DNA of 64,000 bases from Eledone cirrhosa (lineage: Eukaryota), in the NCBI GenBank assembly GCA_964016885.1, contig OZ024753.1:1550001-1614000 (forward strand). Direction: 5' to 3'. Below, in pieces: positions 57,412 through 64,000 of the stretch. Each line of letters begins with the position of its first letter. Position 1 is the stretch's first letter. Both the position numbers and the translations under genes were made by a program. The notes under the pieces were generated by a model, which saw only the letters and a list, made by a program, of their open reading frames with translations, searched no databases and was not told the DNA's origin.

Positions 57412-57914
57412 TTACCTTAATAATGTTAGTCATTCAGCTCATGGTGTCTTTTCTTCAACGTGTAAATATTCCTAATTAGATTTTTGATGGCCTCTACATC
57501 AACTTTGTTAACATTGAGTGCTCTTAATAAAATAATTTTGATTGCTCTGTATATCACACAGCCAATTGATAAGGAGGATAAGAATATTATCTCAGTCGTT
57601 TAAGTGAAATATTAATTTTCATTTAATATGAATATTAAACTGATATCTTATTTAAACAAATTCACATAAATACATAAATGTATAAATAGGAATATGATTT
57701 ACAAACATAACTTTAATATGACATTAGAAATATTTCATTAAATTTCTCATGTTTCATTTATTTTATTTTCATTGCATTAATCAATGTGTATAAACAATGT
57801 CTTGTTAATTCGATGTTTCGTGTGCTTTAAATATATTCTAGATTTAATATTTCAAGTTTCTGCTGATGTTATCATCGTGTGCTGTTTGTCACAATGGTAT
57901 CACATTAAATAATG

Positions 57915-58128
57915 GTTTGGGATTTAGGCAGAACAATTTTTGGGGTAGGCGAAAGTCGATTAAATTGACTTCAGTGCGTGACTAGTACTTTATTTTATAA
58001 ACCCTGCAAGGATGAAAGGCAAAGCTAACATCGCCGGGATTTGAACTCAGAACGTAAAGGTAAAGGGCTGTTACTATGCTGGAAAGCAAGTCGTTCGACG
58101 CTCTACCAATTCTGCCAATCCACCGCCC
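57915..58128 (-). mobile_element. Nin-domain SINE (long variant)
   Basis: Reverse complement of consensus including hairpin. Confidence 0.88.
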
Positions 58129-59089
58129 TCGCATGTTTAAATAATGTTACATCTTGTGCTTAGATAACGTCAAATACTATGCCATTTGCGGCAACACGTT
58201 GTGTTCTTGAGCAAGACTCTCTTTTAACGTTGTTCCAATTCACTCAGCTGGCAAAAATGAGTTGTAACTCTAATTCAAAGTGCTAGCTTCGTCACATGTA
58301 GGTGGATAACCTGGAATATATTTTGTTAGGCAGCGGTGCCCCAGCATGGCCTCGACCCCTCGGATGGAACGCACATAAATAAAATAAATAAACGAAAAAT
58401 TTAGAGTGTTTTTGATTTCTAAATATTATATTGGGTTATCAATATTTTGTGTATGTTGGATAGCGAGAAATGAAATGGAAAGCTTCGATGACGTCAACAG
58501 CAGTCGGATGATGTGCTTACGTGCAGGGGCGGTGTATGTTAAGTCATTTATTGGGAAATATATGTTAATATTTTTCTTTCATAAACATATTTTGTATAGT
58601 GTGGAGGTTGAGAGTAAGGATCATGGGAATCTGTATTGTGAGTTAGAGGGAAACGCGTATAGATTGATGACGTCAGATACAATTAATGTGGGCATAGAGA
58701 GTGGTATATCTGTATGATGCTGCTTTGGTTTCAATAAGACTCTCAGTTATGCTTTTGTATTGTATGACAAGGCTATATCTGACACTTCAAAAAACCGCTC
58801 AAACGAGTTATTTCCTAAACTAAAATCCCCCCCCCCCCCCCAAGCAATTCTCCTCCTACTGGAAATATATTAACCAACAAGACACAGCATCAGGCTGGAT
58901 TTTGGAATTAAAGCATTGGCATCAATATTAAGAATAACATGTGATATTATTTCAACATATATATTTACTTAGACTTGTATCTTCTGATTGGAATGGTAGG
59001 GGTACCATAGTAACACATGGTGTGTCTCGGTATTTCTAGCATGACGCAGACCACCCACTCTCCAGTCATTAACACGGATGATTTCTTCG

Positions 59090-59685
59090 AGAGAGAGAAA
59101 GAAGAAAGAAGAAAGAGAAGAATAAAGAAGAAGAAATAGAAGAATAAAGAATAGAAACAAGAAAAGAAGAAAAAAAGAAAAGAAAAAGAAAAAAGAAGAA
59201 AAAGAAAAAGATAAAGAAAGAAAAAAAAAAGATGAAGAAAAAGATGAAAAAGAAGATGAAGAAAAAGAAGAAGATGAAGAAAAAGAAGATGAAGAAAAAG
59301 AAGAAGATGAAGAAAAAGAAGATGAAGAAAAAGAAGAAGATGAAGAAAAAGAAGATGAAGAAAAAGAAGAAGATGAAGAAAAAGAAGATGAAGAAAAAGA
59401 AGAAAAAGAAAAAGAAAAAGAAAAAGAAAAAGATGAAAAAGAAAAAGATGAAAAAGAAAAAGATGAAAAAGAAAAAGAAGAAAAAAAAGAAAAAAAAGAA
59501 GAAAAAGAAGAAAAAGAAAAAGAAAAGAAGAAAAAGAAGAAAAAGAAGAAAAAGAAGAAAAAGAAGAAAAAGAAGAAAAAGAAGAAAAAGAAGAAAAAGA
59601 AGAAAATGGAAAAAAAGAAAAAAAAAAGAAAAAGAAGAAAAAGAAGAAAAAGAAAAAGAAAAAGAAGAAGAAAAAGAAAAAGAAT
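59090..59685. repeat. About 600-bp polypurine tract of GAA/GAT/AAA units
   Basis: Directly visible; includes periodic GAAAAAGAAGATGAA-type units. Confidence 0.95.
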
Positions 59686-59732
59686 GACACAGAGTAAGTG
59701 AGAAAGATATATTGAGAAAGATATATTGAGAA

Positions 59733-59857
59733 AAATCCACCACAGTACTGGAGTGGTTCATTATATTAACGACCCCGAAAGGATAAAAAGCTAAGTTGAC
59801 CTCGGCGTGATTTGAACTCAAGGAGCGCAAGGAGCCGTAGCAAATATCGCAAAGCAT
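59733..59857 (-). mobile_element. Diverged Nin-SINE fragment
   Basis: GACCCCGAAAGGATAAAAGCTAAGTTGACCTCGGCG. Confidence 0.7.
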
Positions 59858-59873
59858 ATGTGATATTATTTAA

Positions 59874-60061
59874 GGTGGATTGACAGTATCGGTAGAGGGT
59901 CGGACTCCATGCTTTGACGCATAGAGTTACGGCCCTTCCCAATCTGAGTTCAAATCCCGCTGAGGTTAACTTTGCCTTTCATCCTTACGGGGTCGATAAA
60001 ATAAAGTACCAGTAATCCACTGGTAATTGCTGGCCTTGTGCCAAAAGTAGAAACAATTATT
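59874..60061 (+). mobile_element. Nin-domain SINE (short variant)
   Basis: Full head, core and tail. Confidence 0.92.
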
Positions 60062-60344
60062 TAATCATAATATGAGATGTTATTTAAGTATATAATGTGA
60101 TATTGTGGCAGGCAACAATTCATGAAGACAATGTCGAGTCAGGTGTGAGCCAAATATTTTAACCACTAATACACGCGACTTTACAGATGTTAGCACCTTC
60201 TAAAGACACTGTCTTTGGTATTCTCTATTGATGCGTGTAGTATTAATTACAACCATTTATTTAAAATGTCAGATAAAATTGATATGTCTCTGGTTTTGAC
60301 AATGACTGTCGGTTTCATTAGAATGGCGGTTTCGAGATGGAAAC

Positions 60345-60561
60345 ATTGATTTCTGATTTAGGTACAAGGCCAGCAATTTTGGGGCAAGGGGAAAGTCGAT
60401 TAAATCGACCCCAGTACATTACTGGTGCTTTATTTTATTGACTCTGGGAGGATGAAAGGCAATGCTAACCTCAGCGGGATTTGAACTCAGATGGTAAAGG
60501 GATGTAACCCTATGCCATAAAACATGCCTGACGCTCTACCAGTATTGCTAATCCACCGCCC
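60345..60561 (-). mobile_element. Nin-domain SINE (long variant)
   Basis: Reverse complement of consensus. Confidence 0.9.
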
Positions 60562-61315
60562 TAAATGGAAGCATATTGCAAAGCGAACTTCTTAACCAAA
60601 CGCTTAACAAAAATAACTACTTTCTATACGAACCAGCAACGGAACCTTTATGTGGTTATTTAAATCTGTTATGATAATACTGTCCGAGGTAACATATTCT
60701 TTAAAGCAAAGGAAGGCTACAGTTGGAATATCATTGATTATAAATCTGGTCACGATCTAGCAGCGAAACCTTTACCTGGTCACTCAAATCTGTTGAAAAC
60801 AACCACCGTCGTAAAAGAAGGAAAGATACAGAGATGATATTGTCTGAAACACTTCTTACCCACACACAAAAGACGGGGTGACTACGACTGGAATGTCTTT
60901 CATTATAGTTTTGTTCTGCCAAAGTCGGCTTAGAGCTAAATAATAATAACAAGAGCATAAATAACACCAAGTACAAGAACAAGGAGAACAAGAACAATAG
61001 TAGCAGTATTAGTTACCCTTAGCAGCCATTCATTGCATTTACTCTTAAAACCACTTAACAAAACCGCTGTTCTCCACTTTACTTAGAGCAAGTTCCTATA
61101 GACCACTTCACAAATAACTTCATTGATGTCTTAACGAAATAGCCATTGTCTACAAGACTTTATAACAATTCCAATAACTACTTTGTAAACCATCCTGTTG
61201 ACCATATAACCATACAATGACTTTTTACAAACAATAGAAATTGGCCATCTACTAACCATTCGCAACAGGAGTGAAATTGACAGAAATGGCATTTTGTTGG
61301 TATTATTTTTATTAC

Positions 61316-61491
61316 GGCAGTATCGGTAGAGAGTCGGACGCCATGCTTTCCAGCTTAGTTACGTCCCTTTACGGTCTGAGTTCATATCCCGCCGAGGTTA
61401 ACTTTGCCTTTCAACCTTACGGGGTCGATAAAATAAAGTACCAGTAATGTACTGGTAATTGCTGACCTTGTGCCATAAGTAGAAACAATTG
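61316..61491 (+). mobile_element. Nin-domain SINE (short variant)
   Basis: Head, core and tail. Confidence 0.9.
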
Positions 61492-62521
61492 TATTTATTA
61501 CGGCTCCTTGAGCTCTGAGTTCAAATCTTGTCGAGGTAAACATTCATTTTCATTCTTCCATAATCATTGCATAAAGCACCGGTCAAGAGCGCTGAACGGA
61601 CGACGTTGTTAGAGCCGCGAATATTTTGCTCTGCGATGTTTGTTTCGCTTCTTTGAGTTCTTAGTTCAAATCTCGGCGTGACCAACTTGGTTACGATGCT
61701 CTGATTTAACACCAATTCTTGACACTTTGGTGCCGTTTCTGGAATCTTCTCAGCTGCAATCATTCGGACTACGTTTCTAGGTTGAGCATACATACCTCCC
61801 TCCTTTCCACTGATCCTGGACGTTCTGAAAAGAGCCATGGCTATGGTCCTTCTCGTGATTGAACCACTTAATCACACGAAGTATACAGAAACTAGGATAC
61901 CAATAATTTAGCCATCCACTAACGATTCAGAACAAGCTTCAAGCATTCCATTTGACCGAATCTTAACTCAGTTCACCCCCCACTTTAGTCAACTAGTTTA
62001 GCAACACTTCAGCCAGCCAGTCCGCTTCCAGAAACCAGTCAACAAACATTACATAACCCTCCATCAAAAATCAGTCCACAGTCATCTAAATAACCGTCCA
62101 TCAACATCAATAAAATCCAACTACTTCATTTGTCTAGTTAACCAACTACAAACCAAACAAGGAGTCACTTAATCAAACAACCACTTTCACCCCTTACACT
62201 CGCTCCACAAAACCATTTAAACGCCCACATCTGACATCCTCTTACCCAGAATTTTCATGACAAAGCTAATGCATAACAGACAATCTTATTCATTTTCATT
62301 AGTACAATTTATTTTATGTATATCAATCACATTACTCAAACATAAATAGCTTAAATGTATGTATTGTCTGTGAATGTGATATGAGGCATGACGTTCTGTG
62401 TTTCTGTGTCTCAATGCAGTTGCAATAGCTTCTATGCATACACACACATCACGGAATCATATATTATTTATATATTTCAATATGATTATACATATATAAA
62501 TGTATGCATATAATTACATGA

Positions 62522-62556
<35 letters not shown>

Positions 62557-62654
62557 TATACATTTATATTTATATTGTGCGTATGCATGCTCATACATAA
62601 ACAGCCCGTATAAACATATATTTCTTCATATATAAGAACCGTAGAGCAAATATT

Positions 62655-62786
62655 TATTAAAATAACAGATTAAAGTTTAAGCAAAGAATCGCTGCTTTCA
62701 CCCTGAACGGGATCTTCTGAAACTAGTTTCAGAAGATCCCGTTAAGGGTGAAAGCAGCGATTCTTTGTTTAAACTTTAATCTGTTA

Positions 62787-62794
<8 letters not shown>
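62655..62794. mobile_element. 140-bp loop-less palindrome of two hammerhead-like motifs joined at their 5' ends
   Basis: Centre 62724/62725; each strand reads AGTTT-CAGAAGA-TCCC N5 GGGT-GAAA-GCA N9 TGY-TT-AAACT; abuts (TA)n. Confidence 0.8.
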
Positions 62795-62838
<44 letters not shown>

Positions 62839-62840
<2 letters not shown>

Positions 62841-63010
62841 GTGGTAACTGTAGCACTCATTCAATATGATGAGTTCGGTATAAAGTTAGTTTCACATCAA
62901 ATTACAAAACCATACTCGAGGACGTGCATTTGAACCAATGCAGTTGAGAATACTTTGGGCGAAACGCGCGTCCTTCAGTAAGGTTTGCTAATTTGCTGTG
63001 GAACTAACTT

Positions 63011-63014
<4 letters not shown>
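62839..63014 (-). mobile_element. (TA)n-embedded degenerate fold-back cassette with GAAAC-GCGC-GTC hammerhead half
   Basis: Arms 62879-62932/62961-63014 roughly 80% complementary by eye; 28-nt loop; tail carries GAGTGC motif. Confidence 0.7.
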
Positions 63015-63048
<34 letters not shown>

Positions 63049-64000
63049 TTTTCTTTTACGAATGCCACAAACGTATATTGATATATGCTTTTAAGAGCTG
63101 CATCTTAAAATTCATTTATCCAATATGTAAAACATATAGCCTGTACAGAAAGGATAACTCGGGTCTAAACACAATGGATAATGTAATGCAATATAGATTA
63201 TCTGCATCCCTAGCTTGCTCTTCAGTATAGGTTTGTTTGTTCGTGGTGACCTGGGCTAAACAACAGCAATAAATACATTAAAAAATTATGCACAATGAAT
63301 CATTTTAACAATAACACCGTTGACTAAACACGCATAACTACGTATACAGCAACACACATAAATATATATATAGATACACATAAACCCGGATACACTTACA
63401 CCCACGTAGAACATCATAAAATAACATACGTACAAACACAAACACACAATCCTACATACATACTCACACACGAGCACTTCATATATAGATATGTGTATGT
63501 ATATATATACATTTATTTATATATGTATGCATATATTTATACGTACAAATTTATATCTATCTACACACAGACATATATATACATACACACACAAATATAT
63601 CTGCACACACACACACATATATATATATACATACACACACACATATATATATATATATATCCATACTTATACATGTAATATTTCTATGCATGTTTGAATG
63701 TTACATAGATAAAAGCACAAATCGAGCCGGAAATAAATGGCGACCCAATGGAATTAATGATTACTGAGCATATTTGTGTTGATCTGTAACAGAAAACAAA
63801 CAGACATGCCATTGACAACATTGATGACGTCAGCAGTCTAACAACTTTTTCTACCTTCAATGTATTTTAAGCTGGGAAGTGTCACCTCATACGAAAGCAA
63901 ATAGTAAATCAGTCGATATAACATCGTGGTAGAGATATTGATGTGATAAACTAATTACTAATTTTGTTGGCAAGGTAAATGAAATTGTATCGAGCTAATT

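Noticed and set aside
58406-58717. 103-aa non-repetitive ORF
   Set aside because: Non-ATG start, no recognisable domain, length within chance expectation
59232-59687. Lys-rich ORF (alternative frame Glu/Lys/Asp-rich)
   Set aside because: Simple purine repeat with no unique coding context or splice evidence
61768-61835. Possible minus-strand micro-exon (TTTTCAG...GTATGT); similar signals on + at 33030-33060
   Set aside because: Splice-like signals alone are expected by chance; no homology or neighbouring exons

Overview
AT-rich, repeat-saturated eukaryotic non-coding DNA, most like a coleoid cephalopod (octopus-type) genome; the taxon is inferred from the SINE families and microsatellite load. 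I can support no intact host protein-coding gene. Almost all ORFs in the track are microsatellite artefacts. The window holds over 20 copies of a tRNA-derived Nin-domain SINE, relics of Penelope-like (PLE), RTE, CRE and R4/NeSL-like retrotransposons, decayed hAT (Buster-type) and DD37D/maT transposases, several MITEs and very long simple repeats. The most notable signal is a set of short fold-back (palindromic) cassettes sitting in or beside (TA)n tracts: 712-904, 14542-14727, 33786-34311, 62655-62794 and 62839-63014. In each, the hairpin apex lies at or just 5' of a type I hammerhead ribozyme motif. The 34035-34085 copy has a complete, apparently intact hammerhead fold. All folds were assigned by eye and need computational and biochemical confirmation.
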